Assembly (NCBI GenBank): GCA_038870635.1
Contig: JAVZJR010000001.1
Location: 1 to 64,000 of the forward strand
Length of the DNA stretch: 64,000 bases
Reading direction: 5' to 3'
Source: Candidatus Bilamarchaeaceae archaeon
GTDB taxonomy: Archaea > Micrarchaeota > Micrarchaeia > Anstonellales > Bilamarchaeaceae
Shown here piece after piece: positions 1 through 8,339 of this stretch. Below the pieces are notes generated by a model. That model was not told the DNA's origin. It saw only the letters and a program-made list of their open reading frames with translations, and did no database searches. Positions within the stretch are counted from its first letter, which is position 1, and every line of letters starts with the position of its first letter. A program made the translations under genes and the position numbers.

Positions 1-199
1 CTTACGCTCACCCAAACCCTGAGGTATTCTACCGGTTATTTTTATTTTTTTACGAAGCCTTTGACTTCTGTGTTATAATTGTGTAAACGTCTATACGTTT
101 ACAGCTCGATAGCATAGCTATCGATGGCAAAGGTTTACACTCGTTTTAACACTGGTTTTTAACTATACTATTAATTTATCTGAAAACTTTGCTCCACAA

Positions 200-652
200 T
201 TAGAAACTTCCGCCAATATAGAACATAACTCCTCTTGTATCATAATTGGGAGCGCCATAGAATGGTTGTTGCATTAGTGTTCTTATATCAGTTATATTTG
301 TAGGTATGCCTAAAAGAGGCCAATAACCAATGTATCCGACTACTCCTATTGTTAGCCATGCTGGGTATCCATATAGTTGTTGTTTCCAATCATAACTTAA
401 TCCTAACCTACCTATCAGTTTCTCATTATAATATTTTGATGCTTCACCTATTTTTTGGATGGATGTTGTATATTCTTCAACACCTGCCTCAAGATAAAAG
501 TTTAGCTTTGCTGTTTCACCTAGAATACCATCAAACCGCGCCCAAGTTATTCCTGTCGCACCAGTTGTCCTCTTTATCTCTTCTTTCATTTCTTCAGGTG
601 TAATAACACTGATTTCTTTTGTTATGTGATTTATCACAACGTAGCCATACAT
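200..652 (-). CDS. hypothetical protein, possibly a C-terminal remnant with amphipathic beta-strands and terminal Phe
   Basis: 150-aa ORF ending GVMFYIGGSF. The frame extends upstream through a single TAG (707-709) to an ATG at 775. Confidence 0.45.
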   Translation of the reverse strand: MYGYVVINHITKEISVITPEEMKEEIKRTTGATGITWARFDGILGETAKLNFYLEAGVEEYTTSIQKIGEASKYYNEKLIGRLGLSYDWKQQLYGYPAWLTIGVVGYIGYWPLLGIPTNITDIRTLMQQPFYGAPNYDTRGVMFYIGGSF

Positions 653-815
653 TTTATCTTGAATGTTGGCAAGATTAACATTGTTCCATTTACAAGGTTT
701 TTCTTTCTAAGAAAAAACTTCACCAAGGACGCGATCTACCATCGATCTACAACCGGCCAGTATTCTTTGAGACATAAGTTTATTTAAAGATTTAGCAAAT
801 CTGTATTAAAAAAAA

Positions 816-844
816 GAAAAAAATTATTTGCGCCTTCAGATACC
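816..844. repeat. left copy of perfect 29-bp inverted repeat (gaaaaaaattatttgcgccttcagatacc)
   Basis: Exact reverse complement of 3446-3474, read directly from sequence. Confidence 0.95.
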
Positions 845-855
845 ACAAATCCTCC

Positions 856-1434
856 TTACTCTTTTGTGATTTGGACTGCTGGCAGGCTGAAAAGCAGCTC
901 AAACGCATCTCCTCTATTCACATCCAATCTATAGTAAATCTCGTTTATCTCGTTGTCAGGGCAAACATATGGATATGTAGAGAGCCTGCGGCCGTAATGC
1001 GCTTTTTTGAAAATTCTCTCTAGTTCAAAAGGTATGCCGAGCGTCCTGAACGCTTTCCTTACTGAATACTCAACCCTTGGATTTTGCGTTCTTACCGATA
1101 CTGAATCACACCCAATCATCCTGCCATAAAATATCCTTGCTATAGTTAGCAGTGTGTGCAACCCTTTGCCTTGGTGCTCAAGGCATACCGCATCGCCGCT
1201 CAAGTAGAGATTGGTTTTATTTATCTTGATGAACCCAAAGCCTACGGGCGTATCGTCAAACAGAGCAACATAGTGCTGCTCAGCATCCCTTATATGCTCA
1301 AGTACCTCTTGCCTTTTCATCGTGGGCCCAAATGCACTTAACCCCACTTTAATAAGCTGCTCTTCAACCAGAGGAGTTATTTTCCCAAGCTGTTTTATCC
1401 TATACTCAGAATTAGTCTCGCCAAAGACCAGACA
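856..1434 (-). CDS. GNAT-family N-acetyltransferase (frame open to 1434; N-terminus apparently frameshifted)
   Basis: Acetyl-CoA motif A-like EHQGKGLHT and 'VGFGFI' strand. The track ORF is 856-1347, but the frame stays open up to TAG 1435-1437 with no ATG upstream of 1347. Confidence 0.7.
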   Translation of the reverse strand, partial: CLVFGETNSEYRIKQLGKITPLVEEQLIKVGLSAFGPTMKRQEVLEHIRDAEQHYVALFDDTPVGFGFIKINKTNLYLSGDAVCLEHQGKGLHTLLTIARIFYGRMIGCDSVSVRTQNPRVEYSVRKAFRTLGIPFELERIFKKAHYGRRLSTYPYVCPDNEINEIYYRLDVNRGDAFELLFSLPAVQITKE

Positions 1435-1501
1435 CTACGATTTCGTTTTGTATTTTCCTGTTTTCATTTGCCGTCTTCATATTTTCCTTTGCCGTTTCCA
1501 T
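1412..1501 (-). CDS. 29-aa ORF (METAKENMKTANENRKIQNEIVVSGLWRD), probable N-terminal part of the GNAT gene
   Basis: ATG at 1501 preceded by GAGGTGA RBS (1506-1512); overlaps the GNAT frame by 23 nt. Confidence 0.55.
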   Translation of the reverse strand: METAKENMKTANENRKIQNEIVVSGLWRD

Positions 1502-1555
1502 AATTTCACCTCATAATAATTATAGCATACTCAACTTTTAATACTTTTCTATTTT

Positions 1556-2527
1556 TTAAGTTTTTGCGGTGAGCATAAGGTTCATGTAAATATCCACAGC
1601 CTCCCTTAGCTCTTTTATTCTTATCTTCTCGTTTTTGGAGTGCGCGTCCTCGAGCTTTCCAGGTCCACATATCACACCTATACCGCCAGCCTTCCACCAG
1701 AAGAACATTTCAGTAAACGCAGGATACAGGTCAACGCTCCTCTTGCATTTCACAACCCTTGGCATCCTCACGCTCTCAATGCAATTCTCAATGGTGACCT
1801 TTCCGTTGCTGCACGCCTCTCTTATTTTCCTAATCAGCACCGTGTTATTCCCGACCGTTCTGAACGACACTCTCATTTCTGCATAGTCTGGAATCACGTT
1901 GTCCGCAATACCCCCTTTTACGACCCCAATATTCACAAATTCCCCTTTTGTTAGCCTAATCTTTAGCAGCCTATTCATCGCATCATTCATCTTAAGGACC
2001 GCACTCTCGCCCAGTTGCGGCATCGAAGAGTGCCCAGCCTTGCCTTTGAATTTAACGTGCGCAACCACAATCCCCTTCTGCCCGAACACGCACGCATTTC
2101 CGGAAGGTTCTCCTACTACAAAGAATTTTGGTCTCACCAGCGGCGCCGCCTTCTTAGCACCTTCAAACCCCCTTTCCTCATCAACAGTGAACACCAGCCC
2201 GAAATCATCAATCAAATCGAAAAGCTTCTCACCTGCGCACACCATAGCGGCAATGCTGCCTTTAGTGTCGCATGTTCCCCTTCCATATAGGTACTCACCC
2301 TTTTTCTTCAACGGGACATAAGGCTGCACCGTATCCATGTGTGCTGTTAATATCTTTTTCGGCTTCCCCTTTTTCGCAATTATATTGAACGCATTCCCTA
2401 CTTTCTGCTTCTCCACATCGAACCCCAACGTCCCGCAAATGTCCGCAAGGTACTCGCCAATCTTCTGCTCCTTTCCAGATGTAGACTCTATCTTAACAAG
2501 CTCCTCGAGCAATTTTACCGGATCCAT
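1556..2527 (-). CDS. M20 family metallopeptidase/deacylase (ArgE/DapE/LysK-like)
   Basis: HMDTV, YGRGTCDTKG, DEE, GEPS, GKAGHSS and C-terminal AHS..E motifs. Confidence 0.9.
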   Translation of the reverse strand: MDPVKLLEELVKIESTSGKEQKIGEYLADICGTLGFDVEKQKVGNAFNIIAKKGKPKKILTAHMDTVQPYVPLKKKGEYLYGRGTCDTKGSIAAMVCAGEKLFDLIDDFGLVFTVDEERGFEGAKKAAPLVRPKFFVVGEPSGNACVFGQKGIVVAHVKFKGKAGHSSMPQLGESAVLKMNDAMNRLLKIRLTKGEFVNIGVVKGGIADNVIPDYAEMRVSFRTVGNNTVLIRKIREACSNGKVTIENCIESVRMPRVVKCKRSVDLYPAFTEMFFWWKAGGIGVICGPGKLEDAHSKNEKIRIKELREAVDIYMNLMLTAKT

Positions 2528-2665
2528 AATTATACTTATTCCATGTAAGGATTAAAAACGTGCATTCCATGGTATGAAAACTAAACATATATTAAATGGA
2601 CAAACATATGTATAACTGGTGAATGAAATGCAAGGTGAATTACTTCACTAGGAGACCCTTAATGG

Positions 2666-2911
2666 GTGAATGGCTTCATACGGCTAGATAAGAAAGGCCG
2701 GCTAGTTTTGCCTGCAACCGTCCGCAGGATACTAGGGGATGAATACGTGCGCATACGGCTTAAAGGCAATAAGGTCTTCATCCTTGCCTGCTTAGAATCA
2801 GATATAAGCGGAAATAGGAATGCTACACAAACTGCAGGCGCAAAGCAACCCCCATTCAAATCCACATGCATACGGCGTAGATCTCGCAACGTTTGGGAGG
2901 TGTTAAGATGA
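2666..2911 (+). CDS. AbrB/MazE/SpoVT-type DNA-binding protein
   Basis: N-terminal RLDKKGRLVLPATVRRILG swapped-hairpin signature; start uncertain (GTG). Confidence 0.65.
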   Translation: MNGFIRLDKKGRLVLPATVRRILGDEYVRIRLKGNKVFILACLESDISGNRNATQTAGAKQPPFKSTCIRRRSRNVWEVLR

Positions 2912-3420
2912 TAATCGAGGTTGTAACCGCGGGCCTTCTTGTGCGCAGTCCCTACAGAAGGGGGCTTATGCGCGCATATAAGAGGGTCTTTGAGGGCAAG
3001 CCCTGGTATGAATCATGGCCTATGCCTCTTGTAGAGAAAGAGTTCCGCTCGCTTGCAAAGCAAATCCCTTTTGGCTACATTGGACTTGAAGGCGAAAAGC
3101 CAATTGCCTTCATAATTGCAGTGAACCGTGCGATCCGCGACCCCGTGATGTGGAACGGCATCTATATTGCGGAGTTTGGTGTGATTCCGGAGATGCAGTG
3201 CCGTGGTCTCGGCACAATTCTCGCCCAAACATTTGTGGAACAATTCCGCAGCGAAGGTCCTTTCATGTTTAGGACTCTGAATCCTGTCGTCCCATTAATT
3301 TTTAGAAAATTATGCTACGTTGAGTGTATGGGTTGCGCGAAGGACGACTCCTATGCAAAGGTTCTACTACTTAGCAAAACCTGTCAAAATGGATGTCAGC
3401 CAGCCACCAGTCCAAGTTAA
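2908..3420 (+). CDS. GNAT-family N-acetyltransferase
   Basis: YIAEFGVIPEMQCRGLGT motif A and 'F...PWYESW' N-terminal motif; ATG 2908 follows GGAGGTG RBS. Confidence 0.8.
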   Translation: MIIEVVTAGLLVRSPYRRGLMRAYKRVFEGKPWYESWPMPLVEKEFRSLAKQIPFGYIGLEGEKPIAFIIAVNRAIRDPVMWNGIYIAEFGVIPEMQCRGLGTILAQTFVEQFRSEGPFMFRTLNPVVPLIFRKLCYVECMGCAKDDSYAKVLLLSKTCQNGCQPATSPS

Positions 3421-3445
3421 GTATATTAAGATTGATGAGACCTGC

Positions 3446-3474
3446 GGTATCTGAAGGCGCAAATAATTTTTTTC
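3446..3474. repeat. right copy of perfect 29-bp inverted repeat
   Basis: ggtatctgaaggcgcaaataatttttttc is the reverse complement of 816-844. Confidence 0.95.
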
Positions 3475-3523
3475 AATATTTGGTTTTCATGACCATCTTA
3501 GCTGTTTTTAGGTATTCTTACTG

Positions 3524-3668
3524 TTTTCTTGGCTTCTTACTGTATTCTCTGTATTTCTAATGTTTTCTATGTGCCGTTACTCCGGTTTTCATCGGTGCCG
3601 GCAGGGGTTTTTATGTTTTCTCCTATTTTCTTGGCTTCTTACTGTTTTCTCTGTATTTCTAATGTTTT
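3524..3668. repeat. 43-bp direct repeat (3524-3566 and 3626-3668, one mismatch) around a 59-bp spacer
   Basis: ttttcttggcttcttactgt[a/t]ttctctgtatttctaatgtttt occurs twice. Confidence 0.9.
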
Positions 3669-5031
3669 ATTTATGATTGCGTAAGGAAGTTAAAAGTTCC
3701 TGATAAGAGGATTGAATTTTTTCCAATAAATCAGAATTACCAAAATCACCAATGTAAAGATAATGAGCTGCTTTACCATATTCTGCGATATCATGCCACT
3801 CTCGTGTTCTAATCTGTATTTCATATTTAGAAAAAGTATCATCGCGGGGGTCTATATCAAGATGCCAACTCTTATAACCTCGTTCGGTATTATAAAATTT
3901 TTCATCTATTTTATATTTTTTATGACTCAAAGGATTAATGGTCCGTACTACTTGACAAACTAAGTCTTTTACAGCATCAACTATATTCTTATTTTCCTCT
4001 TGACTAAGTTCAACCAAAGGCTTTCCTTTAAATTTGTCTATTATAACTCTAAGAGCAACAAGGTCATTAAAAAAATCAAAAAGGGACAACTCAGATAGGA
4101 CTTTTTTCTGTTCATTTACCTGCTTCTCAGAATCAACATTACCATGTGCTATGATAGAAGGGTAATCTTTTCTTAACCTAAACGCAAGTTTCTTCATTTG
4201 CTTTCCCAGATTTTTCTTTTCACGCAATTGCAATTCAAATTCGAAATCCATCGAACTTAGCGCGCCTTTAATAGCTTTTCTTATAGAGCGAACTAATGCA
4301 CATGTTGTTTCTAGTCGATGAATAGTTTCACTATCTTTATTAAATTTAACTATTGTCTCAAACAAATAAGGATGATTTACAGAATAAGATTGCAAAAAAA
4401 TTTCACCTGCTATAGATGGATACCCAAAAAGTTCTGCTACTTGCGCCAAGAATATCTCGCCAAATTTAGCTGTATTTAGAGTGACAATATCTGCTTCTTC
4501 TTTTGATTTATAAAACCTAAAAATCGGGTTATAATTTTTCTTTATAAATCGAAATGTTTTTGAATCATCTAAGTGTGTTTGTGCAACATCGATTAATACA
4601 GCAGGAAGGGCGGCAGGAGGGGCGCCACTATGATTTACAGCGTTAACAAGCTCTAAAGGTTGGGCGCCACTTCTGATTAGATTAGTAATAAGGGAAAACT
4701 TTTGTAACTCCAATAGTAAAACTGCAGAATTTTTAACAACTTCAGGAAGCTCACAATTATTTGGATTTACGTGGCTCATATCGATAGTGTGATAAAGAAG
4801 AATTTCGGTTAGTATTGAATTAAAGTTCTTAATCCCCTCATCAACATTTACTTTTCCATTTATAACGCGTTTATCTACAACATGAGAACTAATAGCAAGA
4901 TTAAGAACGCGTTTTCCATGATCATATAACAATAATTCGTTGTGTTTTTTAAAGAAATTTCGAGCACTTAAAATACGGCTTCTTAAATTTCTAGTATTAC
5001 AGCTGTCTGCACAAAATTTTTTATAATCCAT
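3667..5031 (-). CDS. RelA/SpoT-homologue-like protein (degenerate HD region plus nucleotidyltransferase/synthetase domain, no TGS/ACT)
   Basis: DLVALRVII, GYKSWH and EIQIRT..WH..AEYG.AAHYLY motifs; FLAQVAELFGY resembles the RSH YAPLA.RLG linker. Confidence 0.75.
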   Translation of the reverse strand: MDYKKFCADSCNTRNLRSRILSARNFFKKHNELLLYDHGKRVLNLAISSHVVDKRVINGKVNVDEGIKNFNSILTEILLYHTIDMSHVNPNNCELPEVVKNSAVLLLELQKFSLITNLIRSGAQPLELVNAVNHSGAPPAALPAVLIDVAQTHLDDSKTFRFIKKNYNPIFRFYKSKEEADIVTLNTAKFGEIFLAQVAELFGYPSIAGEIFLQSYSVNHPYLFETIVKFNKDSETIHRLETTCALVRSIRKAIKGALSSMDFEFELQLREKKNLGKQMKKLAFRLRKDYPSIIAHGNVDSEKQVNEQKKVLSELSLFDFFNDLVALRVIIDKFKGKPLVELSQEENKNIVDAVKDLVCQVVRTINPLSHKKYKIDEKFYNTERGYKSWHLDIDPRDDTFSKYEIQIRTREWHDIAEYGKAAHYLYIGDFGNSDLLEKIQSSYQELLTSLRNHK

Positions 5032-5044
5032 ACAATGTTATTTT

Positions 5045-6052
5045 TTAAAACAATTTAAAAAACTTTGCGTGTTTAAGTTCTTCGATATTTTTGCTTCCAG
5101 TAAGAAATGCAACTGTCTTTAACTGCTCTTTCCATTTTGTGAGTTCTTCATCTAATCTTTTGTTTTTCAAAGCAAGAAGAAAAGGTTGGGCTGCGCCTAC
5201 CATATCCGCTCCTAGAGCTAAAGCCTTTGCTGCGTCTATACCGCTCCTTATGCCGCCGCTTGCTATTAAAGGCAGTATACCTTTACACATAAATATACAC
5301 TCTACAGTAGGTATACCCCACTCTTCAAAACCAGGAACAGCATGTTTATTTCTCTCGTATTCTATTTTGCTCCATGATGTTCCCCCTGCGCCAGCAACAT
5401 CAATCCACTTCACACCTGCATTTGCAAGCTTAACTGCCACATCAGTACTTATACCAGCCCCTGTTTCTTTTACAATGACAGGCACCGAAATATTTTCACA
5501 GACACGCGTGATGGCATCAAGCACTCCTGAAAAATCCCTATCGCCCATCGGTTGGATAACTTCTTGCAAAGGATTTAGATGTATGGCAAGTGCATCTGCT
5601 TCTACAACAGAAACAATAGATGAGACTTGCTCTATACTATATTTTTTTAGTTGAGCCGCGCCGATATTCGCGATGATTGGGATAGTTGGCGCAACATTTC
5701 TTATTTTGTAGGTTTGAGTTAAAGAAGGATTCTCAACCATAGCGCGCTGCGATCCCAAACCAAAAGCAATTTTATGCTTTTCTGCTAATTCTGCTAATTT
5801 TTGGTTAAGCCGCTCTGCACCACTATAACCACCGGTCATAGCAGTCATCATTAAAGGAGCGCTTAATTTTTTGTTAAGAAAGGTTGTAGAAATGTCTATT
5901 TTGTCAAAAGAACATTCTGGTAATGCATTATGAACAAAAACAATTTTTTCAAAGCCAGCGGATGTAAGATATTGTGTCTTTTTATTAAGAGATAAAAAAA
6001 TGTGATCAGACTTTCTTTTTGATATTTCCACAGTAAGCACCCTATCTTGCAA
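5045..6052 (-). CDS. fni: type 2 isopentenyl-diphosphate delta-isomerase (FMN)
   Basis: RKSDHI, AMTGG, GSQR, HLNPLQE, VKETGAG, GAGGTSW, ASGGIR motifs. Confidence 0.97.
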   Translation of the reverse strand: MQDRVLTVEISKRKSDHIFLSLNKKTQYLTSAGFEKIVFVHNALPECSFDKIDISTTFLNKKLSAPLMMTAMTGGYSGAERLNQKLAELAEKHKIAFGLGSQRAMVENPSLTQTYKIRNVAPTIPIIANIGAAQLKKYSIEQVSSIVSVVEADALAIHLNPLQEVIQPMGDRDFSGVLDAITRVCENISVPVIVKETGAGISTDVAVKLANAGVKWIDVAGAGGTSWSKIEYERNKHAVPGFEEWGIPTVECIFMCKGILPLIASGGIRSGIDAAKALALGADMVGAAQPFLLALKNKRLDEELTKWKEQLKTVAFLTGSKNIEELKHAKFFKLF

Positions 6053-6779
6053 GCGGATATTTTTCCATGTACATCTCAGTTTGTAGTATTATTAAAAATG
6101 GTAAAAAAACAATTGAATTTAGTAGGAGAACTAAATACTGCGCGAAAACACCTGCTAGAATTAAATCAGCAAAAAGTTTAGATAAGATCAACAAAAATAC
6201 TCCAGTCAATAACCATGTGAAAATCAAAACGGGCTTTCTAATTGCAAGATCAGCAGATCGTATAAAGGCAGTAGAAAGATCAGAGTTATCAATAACAATA
6301 GCAGGTGGAATAAAAAATAACAAGAAGTATATTAAAAATAATAAAAATGGATAGATAAATTTTTGGAATGGTGCATCATACAGTAGTATTTGAAGAAAAA
6401 ACTGAACAATTAATAGAAGAGTAAAGAATATGAAAATTTTAGTAACATGAGTTGGTATCGCACTTACCATTTCCTGTGTAGTTTCATTAAGAGTACGTTT
6501 TGAACGTATAAGAATATTTATATTTACGATAGTATCGGATATTATAAAAAGCGAAAGTATATAAGCAACTAGAATAAGAACAATATCCCCTATTGAAAAC
6601 TCAGGCAAGCTACCCGTGCGAATAAAAATACCACCTGCTGCTGCGTAGGTTGGAGCAGGAACAAATATTGGAATCACAAAAGCAAAGAAAAAAGGCAAAG
6701 AAAACAATGCAATAAGTAATATCTTACTTAGATAAAAATCTATAGAATAATAAAAAATTCTTTTTAAATCTTCAAACAT
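6042..6779 (-). CDS. multi-pass membrane protein
   Basis: About six hydrophobic segments; coupled to neighbours in the operon. Confidence 0.75.
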   Translation of the reverse strand: MFEDLKRIFYYSIDFYLSKILLIALFSLPFFFAFVIPIFVPAPTYAAAGGIFIRTGSLPEFSIGDIVLILVAYILSLFIISDTIVNINILIRSKRTLNETTQEMVSAIPTHVTKIFIFFTLLLIVQFFLQILLYDAPFQKFIYPFLLFLIYFLLFFIPPAIVIDNSDLSTAFIRSADLAIRKPVLIFTWLLTGVFLLILSKLFADLILAGVFAQYLVLLLNSIVFLPFLIILQTEMYMEKYPLAR

Positions 6780-6787
6780 AAAAACAC

Positions 6788-7363
6788 CTACTTATCAAAC
6801 TTTTTCACAGATGCTACTGTGTTATTTTTTAATATATTAACAATATAATAGCTCGAAGATGAGGGGGAATCCCATTTAACTTCCCATCCATCACCAACAT
6901 CACGAGCTACTCCATAAACATCATTATATGATCTTAAATAAGAGGCAACATCCTCTGTTCCTGGAAAAGTATGAGAAGCAATAAGTGCTTCTTCTGGAAA
7001 AGCAAGCACGCAAAAGTTTTCAGAACACACACTACAATTAGTTGTTATTATTTCTGGCTGCCGCGGTACAAAATTTTGGATTGGGTAATTATAAAACAAA
7101 TGTACTCTTTCAGGACAGGGCCCACCTTGACCATTTGTGACTTTTGCTTTTATTTCGAAATATTTCTCATTTTTCTCATTTACGAACTCTTGTACACTTA
7201 TTATCTCTATATCTGCTTTTGGATATTTTGAATGAAGATCTTCGATAACAAATTTGGTAGCATCAGCCTCTACTACATGTGTCTTAAAAAACTCCCCGAC
7301 TTTAACTACAGAAATTATAACAATAACTATGATTATTAACCAGAGTATATTTTTTTTAAGCAT
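6788..7363 (-). CDS. membrane-anchored hypothetical protein
   Basis: N-terminal TM helix and Cys cluster; operon context. Confidence 0.75.
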   Translation of the reverse strand: MLKKNILWLIIIVIVIISVVKVGEFFKTHVVEADATKFVIEDLHSKYPKADIEIISVQEFVNEKNEKYFEIKAKVTNGQGGPCPERVHLFYNYPIQNFVPRQPEIITTNCSVCSENFCVLAFPEEALIASHTFPGTEDVASYLRSYNDVYGVARDVGDGWEVKWDSPSSSSYYIVNILKNNTVASVKKFDK

Positions 7364-7387
7364 AAAATGACATCTCAGAAAGTTTTT

Positions 7388-7720
7388 TTATTCTTTCTCT
7401 TTTAGAAGGAGAATCGCTTCTGCCATGTCACCCTTTGTTTTTTTTAATGCTTCGCGAGCTTGTTCCTCACTACATCCTGCCTGTTCCATAACAACTCTTA
7501 CGTCTTCATCTTTAAGGCTTTCTTCAAAAGATACAACACCACTTATTTGAAAAGATTTCTGGCCGCGCATATCGATCTCTATAACTTCTGGGTGGGATAT
7601 CACATAATTACCTTCTTCAGTTTCTATTACTACTCGCTTTGATTCTATTTTGCGTGACTTTATACCCATTTGGCGCATAATCTGTTCTATCTTATTTGGA
7701 TCAAGACCGCCAGCTATCAT
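7388..7720 (-). CDS. nac: nascent polypeptide-associated complex protein
   Basis: MRQMGI, FQISG and C-terminal UBA-like GDMAEAI. Confidence 0.93.
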   Translation of the reverse strand: MIAGGLDPNKIEQIMRQMGIKSRKIESKRVVIETEEGNYVISHPEVIEIDMRGQKSFQISGVVSFEESLKDEDVRVVMEQAGCSEEQAREALKKTKGDMAEAILLLKEKE

Positions 7721-7730
7721 AAAAACGCCT

Positions 7731-8339
7731 TCACTTAAATTCTTCTGCTCGTTCCGATTTGCGGACCTCTACTCTCTTCATTTCAGTTATTTGTTTTAAA
7801 CGATTAAACAACCTAGCCGAAAATCTTCCGTATACTACATCTTGCATAAGTTCATCGAATGTCTTGTCGCTTGCAGCTTTTTTAACATCATCAACTAAAG
7901 CATTTCGTATATTTCTTCGTGTATTTTCACTCACCTTTGATTGAGTTACTGCTATAAGCTTTAAACGCACACTTTCATTATCTTTTGTTTTTATGTCAAC
8001 AACTTGATGAATAAGAGATTTTCCCCTTCTTGCAAAAGTCTTTATAAAAGAAGGGGCGATTTCATGCCCTATCAATTTTGTATTTACATTAGAATCACTG
8101 ACTGATGTTATTCTAAAAGAAAGATTGGTAAACATAGCTATTTGAGATGAAGGATTACTAAGACCTAATTCAAAAAGGCTTACGCGAACCACTCTGTTTA
8201 TAAGATTTGATTCGTCACTAGAAACCACTTCTCCGATAGGTTTAAATTCAAAAGCAGCAGGGGCAAGAATAGTATACCACCTTTTTGTTTTCCATTTATC
8301 AACAACTTTTTTCTTCTTGTCAGCCATGTAATCCCTCAC
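7731..8339 (-). CDS. rps3ae: 30S ribosomal protein S3Ae (eS1)
   Basis: DKWKTKRWYTILAP motif; likely start 8327. Confidence 0.93.
   Translation of the reverse strand: MRDYMADKKKKVVDKWKTKRWYTILAPAAFEFKPIGEVVSSDESNLINRVVRVSLFELGLSNPSSQIAMFTNLSFRITSVSDSNVNTKLIGHEIAPSFIKTFARRGKSLIHQVVDIKTKDNESVRLKLIAVTQSKVSENTRRNIRNALVDDVKKAASDKTFDELMQDVVYGRFSARLFNRLKQITEMKRVEVRKSERAEEFK

Noticed and set aside
81..160. Integron attC site or dif site
   Set aside because: Ends do not match RYYYAAC/GTTRRRY or the Xer 11-6-11 pattern; no integrase seen
2623..2691. 22-aa upstream ORF overlapping the AbrB start (possible second frameshift)
   Set aside because: No slippery site or protein-like signal recognised; GGTGA abuts the ATG too closely to be a convincing RBS
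3524..3668. CRISPR mini-array or DGR template/variable repeat
   Set aside because: Only two full units, low complexity, 59-bp spacer, and no cas or reverse transcriptase genes in the window
5091..5654. Long antisense ORFs (also 27052-27660, 36183-36764, 50640-51215 and similar)
   Set aside because: Shadows of well-supported genes on the opposite strand, with no motifs
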